Virus record (IMG/VR): IMGVR_UViG_3300049491_000539
Span: 1 to 56,874 of that record
From: a virus
Taxonomy: Duplodnaviria > Caudoviricetes
Length of the DNA stretch: 56,874 nucleotides
Strand: one strand, 5' to 3'
In this document: piece after piece, positions 17,357 through 28,400 of the stretch
Position numbering within the stretch: position 1 is the first letter of the stretch
Layout of the letters: every line of letters begins with the position of its first letter
Position numbers and translations under genes: made by a program
The notes under the pieces: model-generated
Told to the model about the DNA's origin: nothing
Seen by the model: only the letters and a program-made list of their open reading frames with translations
Databases searched by the model: none

Positions 17357-19101
17357 TGGCGCTGGATATTTCAAACGACCCAGAACTTGCGGAATTGTTT
17401 GGCGCGGCTCCGGGCCAAACATACCCACCCGCGCCTGTTGGAGTTCTCCCCGCTGGCGCGGGTGGCGTCAACGCTATGGTTGGAGGCGCTTATGATGGTG
17501 CTGACCGTTTTGATCGCCAAATCGCCATGTGGTCACCATCAACTGGCTCAGCTGATTCAGATATTTTACCGAACAAGTTGACGCTGGACTCACGCGCTCG
17601 CGATACATTTCGTAATGATGCGTATTTAGCTTCTGGCTCGAACATCCACAAAGACAACATTGTCGGCGGCATGTTCATGCTCAATTCCAAACCTGAGTAT
17701 AAGTTGCTCGGTCTGGATGAAGTTTGGGCGCAAGAATATCAGGAAGAGGTTGAAACAAAATTCGGCCTGATCGCTGAAAGCCCCAATCATTGGCTCGACG
17801 CCAGCCGCATGAATACCTTCACGTCAATGATCCGCCTAGCGGTCGGCATTTACTCGATGTGCGGCGAAGTTGTCTCGACGGCGGAATGGATGGGGCGCAC
17901 AGGTGGCCGGCCATGTGGCACAGCCATTCAGATGATTGATGTGGATCGCCTGTCCACTCCTCCTGAGTTCATGGACGACCGAGACGTTAGAGGTGGTATC
18001 CGCCGTGACTCTTACGGTGCTCCACAAGGTGCTTATTTCAGAAAGGCTCATCAGAGCGACTGGATGAACCCTGACGCCTTCGACTGGAAATACGTTTCCA
18101 TGCGTAAGAAGTGGGGACGGATGCAGGTCATACACATCCTTGAGCAGTTTCGGCCAGATCAGTCACGCGGCATCGCTGAGATGGTATCGGCTCTGAAAGA
18201 GTCACGGATCACCAAAAAGTTCCGCGATGTCGTTCTTCAAAACGCCGTCGTGAACGCTACCTACGCTGCATCTATTGAATCTGATCTTCCGCCAGAAGCT
18301 GCGTTTCAGGCGCTTGGCGGCGGCAATGTCAGCGAAGACAGAATTGCAGCCGCGATAGCAACGTATGCTGGTGGATATCTATCTGCGATCAATGCTTATT
18401 CCGGCTCGTCCAAAAACATGCAGATCGACGGGGTTAAAATCCCGCATCTTTTTCCTGGAACCAAGCTGCAAATGCGGCCGGCAGGTAACGGCGGACCTCT
18501 TGGAACGGATTTTGAAAAGTCACTTCTGAGATACATCGCTTCTTCGTTGGGCATCTCTTACGAGCAGCTGTCCCGCGATTACAGCCAGACCAATTACTCT
18601 TCCGCTCGCGCCGCCATGACTGAGACATGGAAATACATGCAGTCGCGCAAGCGCATGGTGGCCGACCGCTTTGCGACCATGATTTACATGCTCTGGCTGG
18701 AAGAAGCCATTGAGAGCGGTGAGATCACGTCTCTGTCGAAACGTAAGGCTCCAAATTGGCGCGATCACATGATTGCCGAAGCCTACTCCTCTTGTGAGTG
18801 GATTGGGGCATCCCGTGGTCAGATTGACGAGTTGAAGGAAACTCAAGCCGCGATACTGCGCATCGAGCGAGGTCTCTCGACTTACGAAGACGAACTTGGC
18901 CGTTTGGGTAAGGATTTCAGAAAAGTTTTTGCTCAGAAGGCTCGTGAAAAGGCGCTTGCTGATTCCTACAAGTTGGAACTCAGCCCCGCGAGCAATCAGA
19001 TGAATGCTTCCACGGGCGCGATCAGGGATAAGTCTCAGCCGCGTTCAGATTCAGAACTTCGCCAGTTCATAGAAACCATTGTGGAGGACATGAATGCTTG
19101 A
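17356..19101 (+). CDS. Portal protein, lambda family
   Basis: RARD..RND, DNIVG, RPDQSRG, YEQLSRDYSQTNYSSARA, W.G..RG.IDELKE. Confidence 0.95.
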   Translation: MALDISNDPELAELFGAAPGQTYPPAPVGVLPAGAGGVNAMVGGAYDGADRFDRQIAMWSPSTGSADSDILPNKLTLDSRARDTFRNDAYLASGSNIHKDNIVGGMFMLNSKPEYKLLGLDEVWAQEYQEEVETKFGLIAESPNHWLDASRMNTFTSMIRLAVGIYSMCGEVVSTAEWMGRTGGRPCGTAIQMIDVDRLSTPPEFMDDRDVRGGIRRDSYGAPQGAYFRKAHQSDWMNPDAFDWKYVSMRKKWGRMQVIHILEQFRPDQSRGIAEMVSALKESRITKKFRDVVLQNAVVNATYAASIESDLPPEAAFQALGGGNVSEDRIAAAIATYAGGYLSAINAYSGSSKNMQIDGVKIPHLFPGTKLQMRPAGNGGPLGTDFEKSLLRYIASSLGISYEQLSRDYSQTNYSSARAAMTETWKYMQSRKRMVADRFATMIYMLWLEEAIESGEITSLSKRKAPNWRDHMIAEAYSSCEWIGASRGQIDELKETQAAILRIERGLSTYEDELGRLGKDFRKVFAQKAREKALADSYKLELSPASNQMNASTGAIRDKSQPRSDSELRQFIETIVEDMNA

Positions 19102-20404
19102 GATGTTGTTGTCACGCTTCAAGTCCTCGGCCTCTTTCGTAGCGCCGGAATTTCAGGCTGAATTTCAAGCCGCTCTGGTCGCTTTGGCTGCGCATGTTGA
19201 CGCGCCAAAGCTTCTTGAGGAACGCGCTGGAAGCGACGAAACGTTCTGGTATCCGGCTGACGATTGGCGCTCATACTACCGTCCATATGTGGTCAAGGAT
19301 GGTATTCTGTATATTCCCGTCAAGGGCGCTTTGTTGAATGATTTTCCATGGCAGTTTGGCTCCTACGCCACCGGTTACATATACATTTGGAAAGCCTTTG
19401 AGCGCGGTATGGCGGATGAAGAAGTGAAGGGCATCGCCTTGATGCTTCACACGCCTGGCGGCGCAGTTGCAGAGAATTTTGACCTTGTTGACCGTATGTA
19501 TGCCATGCGCGGAACCAAACCAGTTCGTGCGTTCGCACATGAATACGCATACTCTGCGGGTTATTCTATCGCTTCGGCGGCTGACCATATTGTGGTTTCA
19601 AGAACAGGTGGCGTCGGATCAATTGGCGTCGTCACGGCTCACGTTGATCTATCAAAAGCGATGGACAATTACGGCGCAAAAATCACTTTTATATTTGCTG
19701 GTAAACATAAAGTTGATGGCAATCCGTATCAGGAATTGCCCGATGATGTGAAGACTAGAATTCAAGCTCGGATTGACGAGCTTTATGCAGTGTTCGTCGC
19801 CACGGTGGCGCGAAATCGGAAGATGGATGAACAGGCTGTTCGGGAAACCGAAGCGCTCACGTTCACAGCTTCCGAAGCAGTGTCGAATGGGTTGGCCGAT
19901 TCAGTCGGTTCACTTGACGATGCCATGGCCGCATTTGCGGCTGATCTCTCTAACCAAGGAACAGGAGACGAAGTTATGTCAGAGAAGAACACGGCAGTTG
20001 ATCAGGCTGCCCTTGATACCGCTCGCGCCGAAGGTCACGCTGCCGGTAAGGCAGAAGGTCTTACTACCGGTAAAGTCGAAGGACTGAAAGAGGGCACTAC
20101 CACTGAACGCACCCGAATTTCGGCAATCATCGCCAGTGATGTTGGAGCAAAGCGTCCTATTGCCGCGCTTGCGTCAGCACTTGATACAGACATGAGCGTT
20201 GAACAGGCCGCGACATTCCTCGCAAAGTTGCCGGAAGAGTCGCCGAAGGGGAAATCCAGTTCCTTCGAGAACCAGATGAACGACGGAGATCACCCGAACG
20301 TTGGTGCTGACGAAAGCGCTGGCGCGACTGGCGACGATTCCATCGCGGCCCGTGTCCTGAAAAATCAGGTCTCTGTGTCAGGGGCAATTCCGAAGAAGGC
20401 GTGA
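19094..20404 (+). CDS. S49 prohead protease with C-terminal scaffold (lambda C/Nu3-like)
   Basis: TPGG, AYSAGYSIAS, GSIGV, AGKHKVDGNPY; internal RBS AGGAG and ATG at 19976. Confidence 0.92.
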   Translation: MLEMLLSRFKSSASFVAPEFQAEFQAALVALAAHVDAPKLLEERAGSDETFWYPADDWRSYYRPYVVKDGILYIPVKGALLNDFPWQFGSYATGYIYIWKAFERGMADEEVKGIALMLHTPGGAVAENFDLVDRMYAMRGTKPVRAFAHEYAYSAGYSIASAADHIVVSRTGGVGSIGVVTAHVDLSKAMDNYGAKITFIFAGKHKVDGNPYQELPDDVKTRIQARIDELYAVFVATVARNRKMDEQAVRETEALTFTASEAVSNGLADSVGSLDDAMAAFAADLSNQGTGDEVMSEKNTAVDQAALDTARAEGHAAGKAEGLTTGKVEGLKEGTTTERTRISAIIASDVGAKRPIAALASALDTDMSVEQAATFLAKLPEESPKGKSSSFENQMNDGDHPNVGADESAGATGDDSIAARVLKNQVSVSGAIPKKA

Positions 20405-20459
20405 ACCGCTGAACACCCAATGAGCTAACCGCCTACGGGCAAGAAAAAGGACTGTTGAA

Positions 20460-20864
20460 ATGACCAATATTCCCTACACCGAGAACGGAATTGCCAAGTT
20501 TGAGGAAAGCTCCAGCTTTCAGCAGCTTGAACTTTTCAACGGCTCAATCCCGCAGATCGTCACCGAAGATTTCCTGGTCGCAGATAGCCTGACGCTGCTT
20601 GCGAACTCGGTTGTTGGCCTTGACGCGACGAACAAACTCGTGATGGCGAAGACCAGCGCAACGGCGGTTGTTCCGCTCGGCGTGACGCTTCACGCGATCA
20701 CGACCGGCGTTGGCAATACTGACCGTGTGGCAATCTACCGTTCCGGCAATTTCAACCGCGATGCCTTGGTGTTTCATGCTGACTACAGCACGAACGCGCT
20801 CAAGGAAGCTGCCTTCCGTGGTTCACCGACACCGACGAACATCGTTGTTCGCGGGCGTCTGTAA
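20460..20864 (+). CDS. Head decoration protein (lambda gpD-like)
   Basis: Position between protease and capsid; VAIYRSGNFN.DAL. Confidence 0.8.
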   Translation: MTNIPYTENGIAKFEESSSFQQLELFNGSIPQIVTEDFLVADSLTLLANSVVGLDATNKLVMAKTSATAVVPLGVTLHAITTGVGNTDRVAIYRSGNFNRDALVFHADYSTNALKEAAFRGSPTPTNIVVRGRL

Positions 20865-20919
20865 CCGTCGTTTGCAGCGGCGATAACCAAAACACAGGCA
20901 TTCCTGAAAGGACGAAAAA

Positions 20920-21978
20920 ATGGCCTTCGATAAATATGAATTGTGGAATACCCACACCCTTCTAGCGGTCATGCGCGAACAGGAACAGAAGTCGACCTAC
21001 TGGCTTGACCTGCTGTTTCCGAACGTCATGACCTCGGAAGACGAATACGTCGACTTCGAGAAGATTCCGAGCACTGGCCGTAAACTGGCCCCATTCGTTG
21101 CGCCGATGGCAAACGGTCGTGCAATCTACACCGAAGGTTCGCGGGTTGGTCGCTTCAAGCCCGCCTACATCAAGGCGTCTGATCCTGTTTCACCAGGACG
21201 CGTTCTTACCAAGCGCCCCGGCTCGCTGCTGTCGCCTCAGAACGCATCTCCACAGGCCCGCTATGACGCGATCAAGGCGGACATCCTCGGTGTTCATCGT
21301 AGCGCTGTTGACCGCACTTGGGAGTGGCTTGCTGCTAAGGCTGCGATTGACGGCAAGGTGACAATCTCTGGCCCTGATTACCCAGATACTCTGGTTGATT
21401 TTGGCCGTGCTGCGGGTCACACTATTGTTCTCGGCGCGGGGGCACGTTGGGGAGACGCTGGCGTCAAGATCAAGCCTCTGCTCAGCGCGTGGTCAAATCT
21501 CATGCACTTGGCTGAATTTGGCGGTCGTCCAAATCGCATCACCATGGGTGTTGACGCATGGGCGGCGTTCGAAGCAGCGACGGAAGAAGGTGGCGAACTT
21601 CACAATCTTCTGCGCACTGACCTGCGTGGTGCGACTACAACTATTATCCGTGACATGATCGGCAACGATGAAGTCATGTATGCCGGCCGCATCGGAACCT
21701 TGGATGTCTACATCTACAACGACTATTACACGGTTGACGGCGTTGTCACACCGTTCATGTCGGCGAAGGACATCGTGCTCTCAAGCCCTGCCGTCAACGG
21801 CTATCGTTGCTTCGGCGCAATTATGGACATGAATGCACGATTCACGGCTCTTCCCGTGTTCACGCGCAACTACGTCACCACTGGTGATACCGCAGTCGAG
21901 CAAATCTTGACTCAGTCTTCGCCGCTAATGGTCCCGGTCAACACCAACGCCACTCTCAAGGCAACCGTGGTCGCCTAA
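20920..21978 (+). CDS. Major capsid protein, lambda gpE family
   Basis: KLAPFVAP, FKPAYIK, EWLAA.A...GK, VDFGR, TQSSPL. Confidence 0.95.
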   Translation: MAFDKYELWNTHTLLAVMREQEQKSTYWLDLLFPNVMTSEDEYVDFEKIPSTGRKLAPFVAPMANGRAIYTEGSRVGRFKPAYIKASDPVSPGRVLTKRPGSLLSPQNASPQARYDAIKADILGVHRSAVDRTWEWLAAKAAIDGKVTISGPDYPDTLVDFGRAAGHTIVLGAGARWGDAGVKIKPLLSAWSNLMHLAEFGGRPNRITMGVDAWAAFEAATEEGGELHNLLRTDLRGATTTIIRDMIGNDEVMYAGRIGTLDVYIYNDYYTVDGVVTPFMSAKDIVLSSPAVNGYRCFGAIMDMNARFTALPVFTRNYVTTGDTAVEQILTQSSPLMVPVNTNATLKATVVA

Positions 21979-21997
21979 CTAGGCAACCACATGTTTA

Positions 21998-22024
21998 CGG
22001 CCTCACCTATAAACGGTGAGGCCG
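21998..22024 (+). terminator. Stem-loop after the capsid gene
   Basis: CGGCCTCACC / GGTGAGGCCG 10-bp stem; no clear U tract. Confidence 0.5.
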
Positions 22025-22076
22025 AGTATACTGGTCGCGGATTACCGTGAACAGCCTTCAACAGGAGCCAACTATC

Positions 22077-22394
22077 ATGGTCAAAGTGAAAGCAATTGGA
22101 ACCGTTTATCATCGCGGTGGAGTCGCGTTTGACGGTCAGGAATTTGATCTAAGCCAAGAAGATTTCGATGATATTTCGAAGCTTCCGACGCCCGCCGTCG
22201 AAAAGATCGCTGCGTCGGCTGACGACGGAAAAGCGGGTAAGAAGTCTAAGAAGGACGACGACGCAGCAAAGAAGGCAGCCGATGATGCTGCGGCCAAACA
22301 GGCAGCCGATGATGAGGCAGCGAAGAAGTTAACTGACGAAGAAGCTGCGGCCAAACAGGCAGCCAATAAACTCAATGAGGAAGACGATCTCTGA
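22077..22394 (+). CDS. Hypothetical virion-module protein with Ala/Lys/Asp repeats
   Basis: AGGAG RBS, ATG 22077; AAKKAADDAAAKQAADD repeats; position after the capsid gene. Confidence 0.7.
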   Translation: MVKVKAIGTVYHRGGVAFDGQEFDLSQEDFDDISKLPTPAVEKIAASADDGKAGKKSKKDDDAAKKAADDAAAKQAADDEAAKKLTDEEAAAKQAANKLNEEDDL

Positions 22395-22786
22395 TGTTCG
22401 ACTTCCGCGCAACCAAACGCGCAGCACGCCGGATACTCCATGATTTCTTGGCGTGTCCGGCAGTGTGTTTTTTTCTGCCTGACCCAACTACCGATCCAAT
22501 AGTTATTACTGCCGCGCCAACAGTCAGAGTTCACGACCGCTGGCTTAGAAACGGTGACCTGAAAGGCACAAGTTTCAGCTATGCCGAGATGGCGGATGTG
22601 TCCCCGCGAATCATTTTCATGAAGGCCGAAGTTATTCCTATGCGCAATATGATCGTCTCACTTGAGGCAGGTCTTGCGTATCGAGTGGATAACGTTTTGC
22701 CTCACGACGATCTCACTATCACCGCCGAAGTTGTCAGATTGGAAGACAACGAGACTACCGGCTTTCCTGTGCCAGTGAGCGTGTAA
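22394..22786 (+). CDS. Head-tail adaptor protein
   Basis: Synteny; KRAARR.LH...YRVDNV.P.D..TITAEV. Confidence 0.7.
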   Translation: MFDFRATKRAARRILHDFLACPAVCFFLPDPTTDPIVITAAPTVRVHDRWLRNGDLKGTSFSYAEMADVSPRIIFMKAEVIPMRNMIVSLEAGLAYRVDNVLPHDDLTITAEVVRLEDNETTGFPVPVSV

Positions 22787-23376
22787 TGGCGCGGCGCGGT
22801 GATTATGTTGTGGTAGTAGAAGGTCTCGCGGACCCAAAAGAAATTCAACGACTCAAGCCAGCAATCCGCAAGTCAGCTTATCGCGCAATCAACTCAGGTG
22901 CAGATTTTGGCCGCGCTGAGTCCGTCCGCAAAATGCGCCGAGAGGTCAATTTCCCAAGCGGTTATCTGAATGGGCAGGACGCAAGATTGAACGTCACTCG
23001 CCGAGCAAGTTTCGACTCACTTGAGGCGGTCATCAGTGGTCGTCGACAACCTACATCGTTGGCGAGATTTGTCGTCGGCGCGACGAAACCAAAGAGTGGC
23101 GTCAATGTTTCAATCACGCCAGGTTCAACAAATCTGTTGAAGCGTGCGTTCATTATCAAGCTCAAGACCAACAATCTTGGTCTCGCAGTGCGAACCGAGC
23201 GCGGCGGCAAGCCGACCAATGCCTACAAGCCAAAAGAGTTGGGCGATGGGTTGTGGCTTCTTTACGGGCCGAGTGTGGATCAGGTATTTCAGAGCGTTCG
23301 AGAGGACGTTTCACCAACGATCAATGACCACGTTCGTCGTGAATTTGAAAGATTGATGGAGGTTGAAATTGCCTGA
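22786..23376 (+). CDS. Neck / minor tail protein (lambda gpZ-like)
   Basis: RAIN, R.TSLARF, AFIIKL, LLYGPSVDQVF. Confidence 0.8.
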   Translation: MARRGDYVVVVEGLADPKEIQRLKPAIRKSAYRAINSGADFGRAESVRKMRREVNFPSGYLNGQDARLNVTRRASFDSLEAVISGRRQPTSLARFVVGATKPKSGVNVSITPGSTNLLKRAFIIKLKTNNLGLAVRTERGGKPTNAYKPKELGDGLWLLYGPSVDQVFQSVREDVSPTINDHVRREFERLMEVEIA

Positions 23377-23860
23377 TCCTCTGCGCCTAAAAATATTGAA
23401 AGCATTGACCGTCACGTTGGAAGAAGTGAGGCCGGTCAATGGCTATACGCACGATCTCCTGGGAAAGGTGTTTCGCGGGCGCACGCGTTACGGCAAAGAA
23501 GACCCTTTGCCTATGATTTCAATCCTCGAAGCGCCAATTCCCCTCGACCCAATCTTGTCACGGAACACCAACACTGATTCGTCTGGGATGTGGGAATTGC
23601 TGATTCAGGGCTTCATCAAGGACGATATAAAACACCCAACGGACCCGGCACATTTGCTCATGGCGGAAGTCAAGTCTGTCCTAGTCAAGCAGAAGAAAAT
23701 TGATCGTGGTAACAACATTTTTGGAATGGCCGGACGCGTCGTTGAGATGTTCGTTGGGCAAGGGTCAGTGAGACCTTCCGATGAGGCATCCGACAAAGGA
23801 TATTTCTGGCTTACGCTCTCTCTGCGCATCGCAGAAGACCTTGAGAATCCCTACAGCTGA
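23369..23860 (+). CDS. Tail terminator / completion protein
   Basis: NGYTHDL..KVFRGR..YG..DPLP.ISILE; synteny; GGAGG RBS before TTG. Confidence 0.7.
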   Translation: MPDPLRLKILKALTVTLEEVRPVNGYTHDLLGKVFRGRTRYGKEDPLPMISILEAPIPLDPILSRNTNTDSSGMWELLIQGFIKDDIKHPTDPAHLLMAEVKSVLVKQKKIDRGNNIFGMAGRVVEMFVGQGSVRPSDEASDKGYFWLTLSLRIAEDLENPYS

Positions 23861-23936
23861 GCTATGGAGTCACAATCAACTGTATGGTATGTGCAAAACG
23901 ATAAAGTGATTTTGTCAATCTGAAAGGACGAATAAA

Positions 23937-24731
23937 ATGGCCAAAAACTACACCCTCGGTCGTGGCGAAATTCACTTTTCGCGCTTCAAGACCGGCACTC
24001 AAGATCCGGAAGGTTTCCGCTATATCGGCAACTCGCCTGAGTTCAACATCACGGTCGACTCCAACTATCTTGACCATTATGACGCTGACCAGGGGATCAA
24101 GCAGAAGGACCAGTCGGTCCCGCTCGAAGTCAACCGCACGAGCACTTTCACGACCGACAACATTGATCCTGAAAATCTCGCCATTTTCTTCTTCGGCTCG
24201 GCGTCCAGCGTTGCCGTTGTCGCGGCTACTGTGACGGACGAGTCCATCACTGGCGTCATCAAGGGTCTTTCCTATCAGTTGGGCGTCACGGTTGGAAATC
24301 CGCAGGGCGCTCGCGCTCTGGACATTCACACGTTACCAACAACCAACGTCATAGTCACGAATTCGGCTGGCACGACAACCTATGTTGAAGGAACCGACTA
24401 CACGATTGATATGACGCTTGGTCTTCTCACAATCGTGGCCTCCGGCGCTATTGTTTCAAACACGAATATCCTTGTTGACTACAAGGTAAAAACCTCCACT
24501 CGCGACCGCATCATCACCGGATCGACGCCCGTCGAAGGCGCGATCAAGTATATCTCGCGCAACCCTGTCGGCAGCAACTTTGATTGGCTCATGCCCTACG
24601 TGAAGCTTTCGCCGAATGGTGACTTTGCGCTCAAGGGTGATGATTGGCAGATCATTCCCTTCAACGTGGAAATCCTCAAGAAGGCCAACGCCGAGGCGAT
24701 CTACGTTGATGGGCGCGGCTTGACTGCGTAA
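23937..24731 (+). CDS. Major tail tube protein
   Basis: NYTLGRG...RYIGNSPEF...LSPNGDFALKGDDWQ; synteny. Confidence 0.88.
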   Translation: MAKNYTLGRGEIHFSRFKTGTQDPEGFRYIGNSPEFNITVDSNYLDHYDADQGIKQKDQSVPLEVNRTSTFTTDNIDPENLAIFFFGSASSVAVVAATVTDESITGVIKGLSYQLGVTVGNPQGARALDIHTLPTTNVIVTNSAGTTTYVEGTDYTIDMTLGLLTIVASGAIVSNTNILVDYKVKTSTRDRIITGSTPVEGAIKYISRNPVGSNFDWLMPYVKLSPNGDFALKGDDWQIIPFNVEILKKANAEAIYVDGRGLTA

Positions 24732-24761
24732 TTACTAAACCACCACTGATAGGAGAACACA

Positions 24762-25202
24762 GTGGCCCTTGCTGACCTGAAACTACCTGAACACGAGATC
24801 AAGACCACGGGCGGCAGCTTTACCGTCCGTGGTCTGACGCTTCCCGATGTCGCCGAATTGTTTCGAGTTCATGCTACCAAGATGGAAATGCTCTTCCGTC
24901 AGTATGCTGGCAGCGAAGACAAGTCTGATGACGTGGTGAATGCCAGCGTCGATCTGCTTCAAGCCGCGCCTGAACTTGCGTGTGAGGTCATCGCCCTAGC
25001 TGCCGGTGAACCGAACATGGTTGCGAAGGTCGTCAAGCTTCCGTTCACTGTGCAGATCGAAGCCTTGGAAGCGATTGGTCGGATGACTTTTGACGCCGAG
25101 GGTGGACCAAAAAAAGTCATAGAGACAGTCATCAACGTAATGGCAGGTCTGACCGATCTGTCGAAAGACCTGCGAACTGCGCAGACTGGCTCAAAGGAAT
25201 AA
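24762..25202 (+). CDS. Tail assembly chaperone (gpG-like)
   Basis: Follows the tail tube gene; FTVRGL, LPF.VQ; A7 slippery run at 25109-25115. Confidence 0.8.
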   Translation: MALADLKLPEHEIKTTGGSFTVRGLTLPDVAELFRVHATKMEMLFRQYAGSEDKSDDVVNASVDLLQAAPELACEVIALAAGEPNMVAKVVKLPFTVQIEALEAIGRMTFDAEGGPKKVIETVINVMAGLTDLSKDLRTAQTGSKE

Positions 25203-25417
25203 GGCGACAAGTTAGCTTATTGCTGGCTAATGGTCACCTTGACGCTCGATCATACCCAATTGGCATGGTCATTGTAGAGTCAGAATACGTTGTGGATCGG
25301 CTCAACAGTGACATGGCTAGTCGCTCTGTGCTTTTCCAAATGGCCGTCTCTTCTGTAATCAGTTCAAAAGCCAAGAAAAACTTTGACGCCGAGATCAAGA
25401 AATTGAACGGCGACTAG
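25115..25417 (+). CDS. Tail assembly chaperone -1 frameshift extension (gpT-like)
   Basis: The -1 frame from CCA AAA AAA G is open through WLKGIRRQVSLLLANGH to the stop at 25417. Confidence 0.75.
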   Translation, partial: SHRDSHQRNGRSDRSVERPANCADWLKGIRRQVSLLLANGHLDARSYPIGMVIVESEYVVDRLNSDMASRSVLFQMAVSSVISSKAKKNFDAEIKKLNGD

Positions 25418-25484
25418 AACCTATTTCAACTGTATGGTAACAAATCACTTCAAACGTGATTTTGGCGATTTTGGAGGCGGATGA

Positions 25485-28400
25485 ATGAAGGATGTAAAAC
25501 TCGTCATCCGCGCCAAAGACGACGCTTCCAGAGCGATTGACGCCACCACTGCCGCACTACTCGAACTCAAGAACCTCCAAAACGCAATTACCAAATCTGC
25601 TGGTAAAACAGACACTGTGATTGGTCAGTTGACCGAGCAATACGGTCGTCTGAACAAAGAACTCTCGACCGTTTCAGCGATAGGAAAAGTCTCTCAGGAG
25701 TTCGATAAGGCGGCTTCATCCATTGGCCGGATGCAGGAAGAAACGCGATCTGCGGCGGAAGATTTTGCCAAATATGCGCGTGAGCTTGAACAAGCCGCAA
25801 ACAAGACCGCTCGGTTGAAGGGTGAGCAGGAAGCCGCCTCTAAGTCACTTAAAGATCAGAAGGCTGTCATATCTGATCTTCGACGTGAACAGTCTGCCTC
25901 AACAAAAGAGATTAAGAAAGCTGAGGCTGCGCTAGCTAAGCTGCAAACGAAACTCTCGAAAGGCACGTCTTTACCATCTCCAAAGTTGGCTGCTGGCTCA
26001 TTCGAAACATTTCTGAGAAGTGATGTTGAGAATGCAAAGCGCGCTGCTGATGATGTGTCAAAAGCACTCTCGAAGGAAGTTGCCGAACAAACACGTTTGT
26101 CTGAGTCTTCCCGCAATTTGGCGGTTGCGATCAAGGTCGCCGTGGACAATCAGAATAAGCTTCAACTGACCACAAACCGCTCGTCTGAGGTTCTGTCAAA
26201 AAGCAATGAATCGCTCAAGGCGGCTCGGTCTGAATATGGTAAGATTGAAGGTGCTGCCAAAGACGCAGGTCTCGCACTCTCGTCTTTGGCAGTAAGTGAG
26301 CAAAAGCTTTCCGAAGACACTAAGCTGCTTGATGCCGATCTAAAAAAGACCGCTACCACCTTACAAGCTTTACAGCGCTACTCGTCTGGTGGGGGAACAT
26401 TTGCAGACCCAAAAACAGCGGCAGCGATTCGATCTCAGCGCGAAGAAATATCCAAGACAGAGGTAACTTGGCGTCTGTTGCAAGAAGAAGTTCGCCGCCT
26501 CGCCGCCGAGATGAAGGCTGCGGGTGGACCAACGCAAGAGCAAGCCGCCGCATTTAAGCAGTTGGTTGGCGCAAGCCGTCAAGCTAAGCAGGAATATCAG
26601 AGCCAGATCGCTACACTTGCCAAATTGCAGGGAAGCGCCAGAACCACGTTTGGAGAGTTTTCACGCGGATCAGCAGAACTCAGAAAATACATAACTGATT
26701 GGAAGAGGCTGAACGATCAGGCGTCCCAGACGCCAGCCAAGTTCAACGGACTCAAGTCACTTATTTCTCCGTTCTATGGCGAGTCACGCAAGGCTCTGTC
26801 CTTGTTGCAGCGTATTCGTGGTGAAGTGCTCGCGCTCACGTCGACCTACATTGGTCTTTACGGTGTCATTAACAACGCGTCCGCTGTCACTAAGGCTCAA
26901 CAAACCTTGGACGCCTCGAAGAACCGGCTTGGCGCTGTGTTCAATCAGGATCAAGGTAAGACGGCTGACGAGCTTCGGTTCTTGCAGGGCGAAGCGGATC
27001 GCCTCGGCATTTCGTTCGGCACGTTGTCAGATCAATACACAAAGTTTCTTGTCGCCGCTGATGCTGCTGGTTTTACGCTGTCCAACACCCGTAAGATTTT
27101 CCTTTCAGTGGCCGAAGCTGGTCGCGTCAACGGACTGTCGAATGAGCAGCTGGAAGGCACGTTCAACGCCCTTCAACAGATCATATCCAAGGGTAAAATT
27201 CAGGCGGAAGAACTCAGAGGACAGTTGGGTGACCGACTTCCTGGCGCTGTTCAAATCCTCGCCAAGGCGCTAGGAGTCACGACCGGTGAACTTGAGAAGA
27301 TGTTGGAGGCTGGCGATGTTAGCGCTACCCAGACGACGTTGCTCAAGTTTGCGAAGACGCTGGATGAAAAATTTGGTTCTCAGTTGCCGGCCGCTTTGCG
27401 CAACACGGCTGCCGAAATTGGCAGATTTCAAAACAACCTTTTCAATGCTCAGCTGCTCGTCGCAAAGGGTGGCTTCGTTGATGCTCTGAACAATGGCCTT
27501 CGTGAACTCGACAAGTTTTTCAAAAGTGAAGACGGGCGTTCTTTTTTCCTGAGCTTGGGCGCAGCGGCTGGAAACTTTATTGACGTTTTAGCTCTCGTTC
27601 CTGCCAACATCGGCTCAATCAGCACGATCATTCAAGGTCTTATAGCGCTCAAGCTGGCGTCCTATTTCCTGAACGTCGCTGAGTCGATGGGGATTACGCG
27701 AATTGGCGCAAAGGCGGCCGCTGACGCGCTGTTACAAACCAAGGTCCAAGCGGTTAGTTTTGCCTCGGCGTCAAAAGCGGTTGCGGGTGGAATCGGGGTA
27801 TTCGGGAATAATCTGAAACTGTTGAAAGCAAATCTTCTTTCGACGGTTTCTACACTGACGCTTGCAAAGGTTGGAACGACAACGCTGAACGGCAGCTTCA
27901 TTGTGCTGCGAGCAACGGCGGCGACATTAACCGCGACTATGCGCGGCCTCTGGACGGCTGTTGGCGGCTTCCCGGGCCTCATTATCAGCGCAGTGTCGTA
28001 TCTGGCATTTGACCTACTTGGATCGCTGGCAACCAGTGTGGATGACACCACAACGGCGTTGGACGAACAATCTCGTATAATAGATGAAGTTGCCGCTGCT
28101 TATCGTCGCGCCAAGGGTGAGGCTGTTGACTACGCCAAGGAAGTAAAAGGCGCGACGACGATTGAACTTAAAGTCAAAATTGGAAAAGCCCAAGAGGAAA
28201 TACAGGCGCTTCGTCAAAGTGTGGAGGCTCCTGTTGATGCACTCGGCGTCGATAAATTAGGAACTGTTAAAAAACTCCAAGAAGTAATTTCTGCATTCAA
28301 AGCGGGGACAATTTCAGCTGACGACTTCAAAAAAGAAATAAACTCAATTGCTGAGACTGACCCAAAGCTAAACACAAGGCTGGTCGTCGATCTGATAGCA

